Part shown: positions 36,247 through 47,371 of the stretch, piece after piece
Position numbering within the stretch: the first letter of the stretch is position 1
Layout of the letters: the number at the start of each line of letters is the position of its first letter
Assembly (NCBI GenBank): GCA_026026165.1
Contig: JAPEUD010000008.1
Span: 1-64,000 of the forward strand
DNA length: 64,000 bases
From: Sarea resinae
Taxonomy: Eukaryota
Direction: 5' to 3'
Position numbers and translations under genes: made by a program
The notes under the pieces: model-generated
The model's input: only the letters and a program-made list of their open reading frames with translations
Database searches by the model: none
What the model was told of the DNA's origin: nothing

Positions 36247-38352
36247 ATGAAGTACGTTCTAGTCTCTGGAGGTAATTTCATATTTAGGATTTCCATTAAA
36301 TGTCGTCCGTCACTAACCGCTTCGCAGGTGTCATCAGCGGCATTGGGAAGGGCGTTATCGGTATGCTGCACTCCGCATGAGATGATGCCATTATGACAGA
36401 GGAGCCGCCGATACTGATACGTTGATAGCCTCTTCTACCGGCTTGCTGCTTAAGACCATCGGATTAAAGATATGTCGCTTTTGAAACCCATCTTGGCCCA
36501 GGCTATGGTGCGCGCAGCATTGGCGGAGGAAGATATACTGACAGGCTTTGCACGTTTCTTCCATCAAGGTCGATCCTTACATGAACGTCGATGCTGGAAC
36601 TATGGCGCCCACCGAGTACGCTCAATTGCCAATGCATTTTCTTTGAATTCTTAAGCTGACCGGCCCCCGCAGACATGGGGAGGTCTTTGTGCTGGACGAT
36701 GGCGGTGAGGTGGACCTTGACCTGGGCAATTACGAGCGCTACCTCAATATCACCTTGACGAGGGAGAACAATATCACGACCGGCAAAATCTACCAGCATG
36801 TCATTGAGCGCGAACGTCGGGGTGACTATCTAGGTCGAACGGTGCAAGTCGTTCCACATCTTACGGATGCTATTCAAGATTGGATTGAGCGGGTTGCGAG
36901 GATACCTGTGGATGACACCAATGAGGAGCCAGATGTCTGTATCATTGAGTTGGGAGGTACCGTCGGAGATATCGAGAGTGCCCCCTTTATCGAAGCGATG
37001 CGGCAACTGAGACGAAGAGCGGGCAAGGACAATTTCCTGCAGATTCATGTTTCTCTCATTCCCGTCGTTGGAGGCGAGCAGAAGACCAAACCAACTCAAC
37101 AAGCCATCAAGGACGTTCGAAGTGCTGGTTTGAGTCCCGATCTGGTATGATTTACCATCCTTGCGCCAACTTGGCTGCTGAACAAGGACTGACTCTTCGC
37201 TCACAGATTGCTTGCCGGTGTATCAAACCGCTCGAGAAAACCACTACGGATAAGATCGCCATGTTCTGCCAGGTAGAACCCGAGCAGGTCGTCGCAGTCC
37301 ACGACGTTTCTTCCACCTATCACGTTCCCATGTTGCTCGAACGGCAGGGACTTATTGGTCTTCTACGTGACACTCTCAAGCTCGACAACGTCACAATCTC
37401 GCCCCATCTAGCCAAAAAGGGCCAGCTGATATGGAACGAGTGGCGAACACTCACCGGCGGCCAAGACCGCCTTTTCGAATCCGTCTCCATCGCCCTTGTA
37501 GGGAAGTACACCAACCTCCACGACTCGTACCTCAGTGTTATCAAATCCCTCGAGCACGCCGCTATGCGCTGCAACAAGAAGCTCGACCTGATCTGGGTCG
37601 ACGCCTCGCATCTCGAGCAGCAAACCGGCCAAGATAGCCCAGCAGACTACCACAAAGCCTGGCACGCGGTCTGCACGGCCAACGGCATCCTCGTTCCCGG
37701 CGGATTCGGTCACCGCGGTACAGAGGGCATGATCGCCGCCGCCAAATGGGCCCGCCAGAACAAAACCCCCTATCTGGGTATCTGTCTCGGCATGCAGATC
37801 GCCGTCATCGAGTTCGCGCGCAACGTCTGCAACATCCCGCACGCATCGTCGGTGGAGCTGTTCGAGCAGTGCCCAGATCCCGTCATCATATTCATGCCAG
37901 AGATCGACCGCACGACGCTCGGCGGTACGATGCGGCTCGGGCTGCGGCCGACTCTCTTCCAGCCGGGCTCGGAATGGTCCCGGCTGCGGGCGCTGTACGG
38001 TGAGGCGGGCGAGATCCTCGAGCGCCACCGTCATCGCTACGAGGTCAACCCGGAGTACATTGAGCGGCTCGGCAAGAGCGGCCTCGAGTTCATCGGCAAG
38101 GACGACAAGGGCGTCCGCATGGAGATCCTCGAGCTCAAGGATCACCCTTGGTACGTCGGCGTCCAGTTCCACCCCGAGTACCTGTCTCGCGTCTTGCAGC
38201 CGTCCAAGCCGTATCTGGGTTTCGTGGCCGCCAGTGCCGGCTGTCTTGATGAGGTCGTCAAGCGCAGCGTCGAGGAGGCTGAGAGGCTGGCTGCCAGTGG
38301 GTTGAGCGGTGAGGGTGGTCTGGTCAATGGCGTTGCTGGCGTGACTATCTAG
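36247..38352 (+). CDS. URA7: CTP synthase, 6 exons
   Basis: [94 protein letters not shown]. Confidence 0.97.
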
Positions 38353-39056
38353 AACAGAGACGTGAGACAGAAGAGGGGGAAGTAGAAGCAATCTGAGTAG
38401 AGGGGAGTGCAATGCAGTGAAGTGGAATAGAGTGTGTGGGCGAGCTTGGGTGTCCAGAATCGAAAAGACGCGCAGCCAGCCGCTGGGCGGAGAATCAAGA
38501 AGAGCGGACGGGGGCTCCGTGAAGGAAGGGTGTAGTGGTAGCGTGTCCACCCCTTCCATCCTCGCCGGAAATTCTCTTCTACGGTTTTCGAAATTTTTTT
38601 TTGTTTTTCTCATCTTCTGGGGTCAATCGTCCGAATTTTCTTCTTTTGCCCCTTTTTGGGTCTTGTTTCACAGATCCGATCTGGTTGTCGAGGCAGCTCT
38701 TCAACATCTTACCTTTGGTTCAATTTTTTCTTTTCTTTGGTGGGCGGTGGCGGGGGGTGGAAAGGGGGGCAGGGCGGCAGGGCGGGTCATGTACGTGTAG
38801 ATTGATTGGTATATCATTATGATAGACGGTACAGGATTGAGATAATGCAAGACAAGACAAGACGGCTTTATCAGAATTGAATGTTGAGCTCAGCCGAGGA
38901 ACTCTTGGCCCCCCTGGGAGGCGGGCGGGCGTGCTTTTCCACGAACCATACTAGCTAACGACCCATTTGACTGTCTGGCTATACTGAAATTGAAATGGCT
39001 GACTGACTGGCTGGCTGGCTAAATTGGCTGGCTAACTAGGACCAAGGTCGAGACAC

Positions 39057-39078
39057 GTGTGTGTGTGTGTGTGTGTGT
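39057..39078 (+). repeat. (GT)n microsatellite
   Basis: Directly visible. Confidence 0.9.
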
Positions 39079-39185
39079 ATGTGTTGAAGTGTGGACATGT
39101 AGAATGCGGAGAGAGACGAGATCGATCAGTCAATCAATCACCCAATCAACCAAATCAGCAATCAAGCAAACAATCAAGCAATCAA

Positions 39186-40704
39186 TCAGCACTGAAATGC
39201 CACGCCCTGCCTCTTAATCATGTTCTTGCCGCCGCCCGCGAAGCCGGTGCCCTCGGTGCTGAGCTCCACGAGGCCGGGCTTGATGTGCTCTTTCTCTTTC
39301 TGCTTTCCTTGATCCTTCTCGATGGAGGTCACCGTTTCGGCATTTTGGGGGTTCGTGTCTTTCGGGTTGGGGTTGGAGGAGGATTTGCGGCCACTGCTGA
39401 GGTCCGCGGCGCAGACGTAGCATCTTAGAGGTGGTGGTGGGAGGGGCGAGTGGGACGGGTTGCTGGGGGAGGAGGACGAGGAGGAGGTGTGGGGATCGTG
39501 CGGATCGTGCGGGTTGTGAGAGGGCGGGGTCATGAATTGCGTTACGCAGGGCTTGCAGAGGACGTGACCGCATGGTTTGGCGACTGATTGTTTTTCGGAG
39601 GGGTTAGCCGGCTGAGGCAGGGGTGTGGCATTTTCGTTACACACAGAAGACGGAAGAAAGAAAGAAAGAAAGGTACGAGTGAGTGGTAAGGGGTGAAGGC
39701 CAAGGGGAAGGGGAGGGCTGGAGAGGGAGGAAAAGCTTACGCATCGCTTTCGAGCTGTTGCTCAGCGTCTTCCTGCAACTCGGACAGATCCGGGCCGTGG
39801 GCTCGCCCGTCTTCGGGTCTTTTTCCTCGGTGAAGTGCACGGTGACGAGCGTCTTGAGGGAGTAGGCGTGTGGGTTTGTGGCTGTGGATCCAGGGCATGT
39901 GGGGTGCAGTTTTTGCTTTTCCGATGCTGGTTTATTGGTGTTGGAGGTTGTGGGGGTGAGGGAGGGGACCCAGAAGGAGGGGAGCGATGTGCGGGTTGCT
40001 TCGTTCTGGAGGGGGTTTTGTTAGTACTGGAAAAGGAAGCAGTGTGAAGGTTCTCTTGATAGATATCTGGAGAAGTCGTACCTTTTCCTCATCGAGAGCT
40101 TTCCTAGCTTTCCCTCTCTCCTCTCTCGCGATCCGTAGAAGCTCATCCTCATCGAGCTCGAATTTCCTCTTGGTCCCCCTCTTCCCGGCCTCGTTCCCTT
40201 CCTCCTCGATCTCCTCGACAACCACCTTGCCGCCCTCGCGACCAACGACCCTCTTCCCCTTGCCCAGACTGACCTCCAAGCCCATCTGCACCCGCTCGAA
40301 TTCATCCAAGGCCCGTCTCGCGGCCTCCTCCTCGTCGACCTTGTCCGCCTCCGCCTCTTCCGCCTTCTTCCGCTCGGCCTCTTTCTCGAGTCGTTTGATC
40401 TCCTTGCGTTGCGCCAGGAGATTCGACACGGCGCATTCGCGGCAGAAGATGTCGCCGTTGGTGGCGCATGCCACGACGGGTGCGCGCGACGGCAGCAGAC
40501 ATAGCCGGCACGAGGCGAATGGGAGGAAGGATTCGCGCGTGAGCCGCGTCGATTGGGAGCCCCAGTGGGATTTCAGCTGGGAGCGCTCGTGCGAGGTGAA
40601 GAAAGCGAGGGAGGTGTTGCGTTTGCCTGGCGAGGTGAGAAGGGGGGATGCGATGGGGAGAGGGGAGAGGAGACGGGTCGATTGAGGCACTTACTGTGAG
40701 ACAT
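39186..40704 (-). CDS. NOSIP-like RING/U-box protein, 4 exons
   Basis: [86 protein letters not shown]. Confidence 0.88.
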
Positions 40705-41366
40705 GATGACGGACGAAGACGATGAAGAGCGTATAGGCTCTTCTCGATGAGATGGACGTCAGAGAACAGTGGTCGAGGCCGTCTTCTGTAGTTCGCACGT
40801 TTGTTTGGTCGTTGAAGCTATCTAATATTCGTACCTGGGCCGAGGCCAGAAGTCTCAATGCACTACGCTCTACACTCGCCAAACTCGGCGGAACGTCATG
40901 AACTTCGACACCTCACATGAATTACTCAAGATACTGTTCTATGTTTTGATTCCTTCACTTACTCACTCACACACCCACACTGCACAATTATGTGTTGCAT
41001 ACATGTCCACAAAGTCAGTCACAGCCATTCAGTCATTCAATCAGTCAGTCAGTAGTCAGTCAGCCAGTCGAACAAACAAACGAAGTTCGTCTCGGCTACC
41101 TACCAGCCTGCCTGCGTATCTTAGTATCTATCAGATCTGCATTCGTGAATGGAAAAAATAACGTCGCAGTGATATCGTCGTATCAACATCAACATCTGCT
41201 ATCTCGTCTTGTCTCGTCTTATCTTGTTCTCTCCCTCTCTCTTTCTTTCTTCTGCTCGTCGTTGTCGTCGCCTTTGAGGTTTCCCCTGAAAACCAGGCTT
41301 GAATCTTCTCCTCCCCTCTTCTCCTCCCCTCCGTCTACCCCACCTCGCAAACACCAACGCCACCAC

Positions 41367-43892
41367 TCACGAGCGCGCACTCTCCAGCTCGAGCTCCAGC
41401 TCGCGGATCCGCTCGTCCTTTTCCCTCTCGCTGCGACTGCCGCCGGCGCCTTTGTCGTCGGCGCCGCCACCCAGGACGCGCGACTTCAGCGTGTCGACCT
41501 CGGCCGTCAGCGCGCCGATCTTGTCGACCTGCGCGTTCATGACGCGCGTCTGGTGCTCGAGAAGCGCTTTGATGTCGGCGAGCGAGGACGCGATCAGTTT
41601 CGGGTCTTCGGCGGCGGTCGCTGCCGTCGCGTTCGTGGGCGAGGGTGAGGTGGCGGATTTGGCCGATGCTGTTGTTGGTGTGTTTTTGGATGTCCAGAGG
41701 GAGGATGACGGGGCGGGGACAGATGAGGAGGTGGTGGGCATTGGTTTGGGAGGCTCGGCCGACTAGAAGAGAAAGGATCAGTAAGACGAGAGACGGGTCA
41801 CCGTAGATCACAATGCGTACCTTTGCAGCCGTGGAGAGGGGCTGGGGTTTTGGTGGCTCGGCCGTCGAGGTCTTGGTCGGAGACGTGGCGGGCTTACTCT
41901 CATTCTTGGCGGCGGCAGCCGACTCCTTGACCTTCTCTTCGAACTTCGCTGCCACCGAGTGAGTCTTCTCGGCTGGCCGGACCACCTCCTCGAAGCTCGA
42001 GTTGTCGTCTTCCTCGGATGACTCTTCATCTTTGTCGGCGAATTTGTCGGCCATCTCCGCGATGGACCCCTTAGTTTCCTTCATCGTTGGGGGCGGGCCA
42101 CGCTGGGCGATGGCCGCCGCGGCCGGAGCTGCTGGTTTGGGCTGTTCGGGTTCGGGCTCCTTCTTCGGTGCTGGAGCTGCCGCTGCCGGCTTCGGCGATG
42201 CTGGCCTTAGCTTGTAGTCCGACGCCACCTCGACGGGCTCTTCGCCGGCATAGATACTCTCGAGGTTGATCTTTGCGGGAATGCCGTCCTTGCCATTGAA
42301 CCATTCGGATGCAGATACGGCCGGCTTGGTACCGATTGCGGGAGGATAAATGTCGTTTTGGAATACCTCGGCTCTGCGCGGGACGATGAACGATACAGGC
42401 TCGATGTAGGCGTCGTTGACGGTCTTGAAAGCCCGCATGATCTCGTTCTCGTGGACCTGGTCTTGATTAGACTACATGTTGATGGCCAAAAGAGGACCAC
42501 TCACATTGACCCCTCGTTTCGGGAGGAAGGCTATGCCCCGCTGCGGGTCGGGAGATTTGAATTCGGAAAGGTATTCAAACTTGTCGTGCTGGTACTCAAA
42601 GTACCTTATATTGCCGTCCCTGAAACATGTCAATCGAGTTGCCTTGACCTTTCTGTATCTCGACCTACCCTTTACCAGCCAAGTAAAGGCACTGTGTCCC
42701 ATCATCCCAAAAAGGCATGCAGACGCCCGAGATGGAGTCAAGCTTCTGGAAGCCACCAATAGGTTCTTTCGGATCGCGAATGTCCCACAACCCCAACTGA
42801 CGGTCGCTCATTTTCGAGAAGCCCGTCGTCACTACTCGGTCATGTTCGCCCATCCATACCGCACGGCTATTCTTCGCTCCCGCGTGACCGGGCACCTCGT
42901 GTGCTGGCTTTTCTTGACGCACATCCCAGATGCGTAATTTCTTATCGCGAGAGGTCGTCACAAGGAGTGAACCGTTGGCGCTCCAAGAGAGCGACTGAAC
43001 AATGTCACTATGCTTCAGGGTGAGCCGTGGAGAAGATGTTTCCACGTCCCAGATCTTGATAGTGTAGTCGCCCGATGAAGTCGCAAGAACGTTCTCAGCT
43101 GCCGGATTGAACAAGACGTGACCCACTTTCCTGTCTCATAGTAAGCAAACGTCTCAAAGCAGTAAGTCGTCATGATTGTGTACCTGGAATGGCCTACGAG
43201 CTTCCCAATGGGCGCGACATCCTGAGGTTCTTCCGAATCAGTATGTAAGGAGAAGCCTTCGGGCACTCTCCAAAGAAAAGCCTAAAATCCTGTGAGCCAC
43301 GCATGCTACAATCAAAGTCGACAAACGGTGGGGCAATGCACCTTGCCGTCATCGGATCCGGACGCCACGAGCGAGTCGTCGAACGGGCTCCTACTCTCAA
43401 CGTCAGTCCCCGCGCAATGCTCCATGCCCGGCTCACGCACCAATCCGTATCCAAGACCGCCGCAGTGTGCCCTCGGAACAGGGGGATACGCTCGGGCAGC
43501 CTTCCCTTCTCATTGAGGGGTATCACGGCGAAAGCCCCACCACCGCCAGCTTCCCAGTTGACCGACAGATAGTTCGGGTTTGCCTATGCGAAAATGAGTT
43601 TCCGAGTTCCCCGCCTCTCTTGCGCAGCCAGCTGACCTTGACGAGATTGGTATCCCAGGCATTCCTCGAGATTCTCAGATTGTCATAGCATTGCTCCTAA
43701 TTGCGGTAAGCGACCTGACGTTCCTCTTCTCACCACTGGAGCTGACGCCGACGAACCTTTTTGCTCGACTGTCCGAAGACATGCCCTGCAGAAGGGGGTA
43801 TCAGTAGGCAACACAGATCAACGATGGCGGTGGTTCTCCGAAAGAAGACAGAACTCACGATATTTCGAGGCCCGCACGAATCGCCCAGACAT
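41367..43892 (-). CDS. CRN1: Coronin (WD40 propeller plus C-terminal coiled coil), multi-exon
   Basis: MSGRFVRASKY|RHVFG, YDNLRISRNAWDTNLVK, LFRGHTAAVLDTDW, GHAGAKNSRAVW, YLAGKG|DGNIRYFE, ISF-type VSFIVPRRAEVFQNDIYP, C-terminal coiled coil KDERIRELELELE. Confidence 0.95.
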
Positions 43893-45081
43893 TGGCACTC
43901 AGGCTAAGGGCAATTCTGATCCGAAGTGGTGTTTATTGAAGGGGTATGATGCGCGCGCGGACTTTGGAGGTGTTGGAGCTTCAAGAGTTGTGGTGAAGGG
44001 GGTCAATAGCAAGATCAAGTAAGGTAGGTAGAGTAATGAGCTGTGCTGGAGAGGACCAGGACCAAGGTGCCACTACTACTACTTTGGGTAGCTGGAGCTT
44101 TTGACCGTTTCAGACAAAAGGACACAGACAGCCCGCCGTGACCAGCACCGCCTCGCTAACGTGTTCGTACACGCGACATGCGACACCTCATGCACTCGCT
44201 CACTCACTCCATCCCCTGGCACCAACCGGAAGCCCTCAGAAACTACAAACTATAGGATGTTGTAGCGAATTCATCGAATGTGACGGCTACAGCAGCTGCT
44301 GTTGCGCAGGTCGAGGATACTATTGCGCTGATCTCCACTCTCTTCTCCGAAACACTGTACTTACTAGTGGGCGTTGAAGAAGGCCTGATAGAAGGAGTTG
44401 CCAGACATATTTCGGGAACAGTGTTGCCTCCAGGCGCGGCTCAGAAAGTAGGCAGACGGACTCCGTAGTTACGAGGAGCTACAGACGTAAGAAAGGAGAC
44501 GTAAGACCATGCTAGATTTGATGGAGTATGCTTCTGGACGACGGCTACGTGGCCACCGGCGTAGGATTTGATGGCAGAGGTGAGACTTGACTACGCTGAT
44601 GAATAGAGTATGTGCCGGCGGTGGAAGATGGAGAATAGTCTGGGAAGAAAGAGAGCCATGTCGGGTCGATACTGGTAGACCCGCCTTTGTTCGACAAGTA
44701 CAGAGCCTCGCAAAGACGTTATGTCGAAATTCAAGCCAAAAGGGTAGCGCCCCCTTAAGGACTTGCTTGTGATTCGTCTACATATTGTATTCCCACACGT
44801 TGCGCCACTTCAATGACATCTATATACAGGGAAAAGAATGCTACACCGGCTTTCCTCGAACTTATTCTCGCATTTCGAAGCCGAGTGGCGGTTCTTCGGC
44901 TGCCTGCCCCACCGTCTGGCCATAAAGGAATGGGTAAAATTCGCCCCAATACCATCTTTCCTTCTTCGACTCGTACTCTGGGCTTAGCAAGAGCCTTGCG
45001 AACTCCCCTTTTGAGGCATGAGCGTATGAGTTGCGTCCGTCATTGAAGATAGTATAGTTGTTGAGGACATGAATATACTTT

Positions 45082-45207
45082 CAGTGCTGCCAACGCTCCA
45101 CATGGTCCAAATGGTCCAAGCAGTCGGTCCATGGCCCTTGGACTGGACCCATAACTACATAGGTTGGACTGTTTGAACCTTTTGGACCGACAGACCGTTG
45201 GTCACTG
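45082..45207. mobile_element. 126-bp hAT-like MITE
   Basis: Ends CAGTGCTGCCAACG ... CGTTGGTCACTG (imperfect TIR). 8-bp flanking duplication TATACTTT (45074-45081) / TATACTTC (45208-45215). Internal GGTCC/GGACC subterminal repeats. Confidence 0.75.
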
Positions 45208-45438
45208 TATACTTCGAGAGGAGCCCTGAATTTCTCCCAAAGGCTGGATCGGCGAGCTTCTTTGCGGCTATCTCATACTTGGTCTGGCTGATGGCATGAT
45301 CATCATTGCCCCGAATCAGCCCTATCATCTTGACAGGAACGAAAGTTCCCCTAATCGGGCCCAATTACCCCTTGATTCAGGGCTGCGTAGAATTACTAGT
45401 ATCAATACCTCATTAAAAAAAAACTTGGCGGTTTAAAA

Positions 45439-45904
45439 TAGTCGGTCCATAGCTCTTAGACTGGACCGACAGACTGCATAGACAGGACTGTTTAGACCAA
45501 GCGACATCTCGAGCGGCCCTCGTCTTAGGTCATACATTATTATCAGAGCTGGAATACCAGCCAACAGGCCAGCGGTGCGTACAGTCCCCGCGATCCGAGA
45601 AACATTTGGGCGTTGTCTTTCTAACAGACTTGATCCTGCTGACTGGCGACTCAAGCACGTCTCCGTTCCAAGCTATCGTCCTATCCGCGCGGTTTCTCGT
45701 TCTTTCAAGGACCTCGTCGAGCGTTGTGGCTTCGAGTTTTCCCAAACGGAGTGCAAGGATGAGTAGAAGTTTGATCGGGCAGACTGCGTTTTCCTATGTG
45801 TTTTTCAAAGATACCAAGACCACCTTGCGAACTGTAGATATGTTCCTGTTTGATCAGTATTTGGACCGACAGACCGACAGACCGACAGACGGTTGGCAGC
45901 ACTG
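45439..45904. mobile_element. Second related non-autonomous hAT-like element; left end eroded and approximate
   Basis: 45439-45498 is a diverged copy of the MITE interior (AGTCGGTCCAT..ACTGGACC..GGACTGTTT). Right end GACCGACAGACGGTTGGCAGCACTG is a perfect 13-bp inverse of CAGTGCTGCCAAC. Confidence 0.6.
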
Positions 45905-46169
45905 CCCAAAATGCCTTTGCTGATGGTTTGAAGGGAGCGATCAAAGGGAAGTCGTACGCTCAATTTTGGTCTGTCTTCATGGAGGAGTACGGCCATTCGC
46001 GAAATATAATCTGAGATGGTGAGATCATCGGCTTTTAGCTGTGGATCGAGTCGGAGGCATTTGAGAGCCTTTGGTGTTAATTCTAGTGAGGCTTCTCTCT
46101 TAAGAGGGATGAGGACTTCAATTCGGGGTCTAGCAGAAATGACTTTGGAGATAACTTTGCGGATGCGCT

Positions 46170-46208
46170 TTCTTCTTCTTCTTCTTCTTCTTCTTCTTCT
46201 TCTTCTTC
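46170..46208 (+). repeat. (TTC)n microsatellite inside the pseudogene relic
   Basis: Directly visible. Confidence 0.9.
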
Positions 46209-46625
46209 AGGAGGACTGAGCTCTGATATACTCAGAAAAAAGGACATCTTCGAGATGAACAATACTGTTGATAGATCGGAGAGGCTTACAGAACTATTCC
46301 TAGAGCAATGTGAGGTGCGCTGCGCTATATAGTAGGCAAATAGGCATAGCCCGGACGAGCCGGGTTATAGTGGTCTTTTTGGCACGCGTGGGAACAGGTT
46401 TGCCTATTTACTGGTCCTTACATGATGGGGCAAGAGAATTGAAGTAGTGAATCGAAGTCAGTCTGGAAGTGAATCGATCAAAGTAGGTACGTATGTACTT
46501 CGTATGCGAATTACATTCACACCCACCAGTCACCACCCACACCCTATCCCCCACCCCCGCATCCCCCTTCCACCCCACCTCACCCTTCATAGCCCACAAT
46601 AAGCGCCCTCATCCCCAACGTCCTC

Positions 46626-46771
46626 AGTCGCGTGTTCTAATGGTTATGATTTCTCGTTCACAACTTGCTAAAAATGTGAGCAATTCACATCTCAGCTTGG
46701 AAAATAATACCTCTGGTTTATTTCCTTGTATGATGCCGAGAAGGTTCCGAGTTCGATCCTCGGCGTGACTA
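46626..46771 (+). tRNA. tRNA-Val(CAC) with a 73-nt intron (46663-46735)
   Basis: Acceptor stem AGTCGCG/CGTGACT, anticodon arm TCTCG-TTCACA^C-CGAGA, T-arm CCGAG-TTCGATC-CTCGG, and a T6 Pol III terminator right after the 3' end. Confidence 0.88.
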
Positions 46772-47371
46772 ATTTTTTCTTCTTTCTCTTTTTGCGTTGG
46801 GTTGGGGTGATTATGGTAGAGATTGTACTCGATATTTTAGTTTCATGACAAGATGGTGGTTTTTTTTTTTGGTTTTTTTTAAGCTTCTTGTTGAAGGGGT
46901 CGCGGAAGACTTGACTTGATTGACTACTAGATTGGGGATGATTGGATGGTTGAATGTTATTACTGGTTTTATGCTCGCTCTGGGTAGGAAATGTGTGGGG
47001 ATGAAAACTGGCGAATCGAAGATTGAAGAGTACATACATGAGCTCAAAACGATCGCGAGATCGGAGATGCTACTCGAAAGATATCGCGAGACCAATCAAT
47101 CTTGGTAAAACGACTGCAAATGACTAGCTAGCTAGTAAAAGAGGAAAAAAAACAACATGGAGGAAACAAGAAAAACGCTGGGAATAATGCCCGAATCTAG
47201 AGGACCTATAAATGAAAAGCGTATGAAGATATGATGCCCAAAGCTCTTTCCCCCTCCCTCTCTGCAAATGCTTCCATTCTACCTACCTGCGCCTGCCAGC
47301 CACAGCGCTATTCGATCTCATGAAATCCGCACCCAAAACTAATTACATCCTCGTAGATTGGAAAATAATAC

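Larger units (their letters stand above)
44600..46247 (-). pseudogene. Degenerate gene relic of unknown family, interrupted by MITEs, stops and frameshifts; left boundary approximate
   Basis: Fragments MSFFLSISELSPPEEE.., KRIRKVISKVISARPRIEVLIPLKRE..QTISKGILG|element, ..RNSGLLSKY|MITE|IHVLNNYTIFNDGRNSYAH..WYWGEFYPFLYG..MRE*. Removing the MITE and one target-site copy rejoins the frame. Confidence 0.6.

Noticed and set aside
37408..38613. 401-aa antisense ORF overlapping CTP synthase
   Set aside because: It mirrors the sense codons of a GC3-rich exon, which removes antisense stops; no domain features.
45222..45384. 10-bp inverted repeat AGCCCTGAAT / ATTCAGGGCT as a third MITE
   Set aside because: No target-site duplication, and the interval reads as part of the pseudogene frame.
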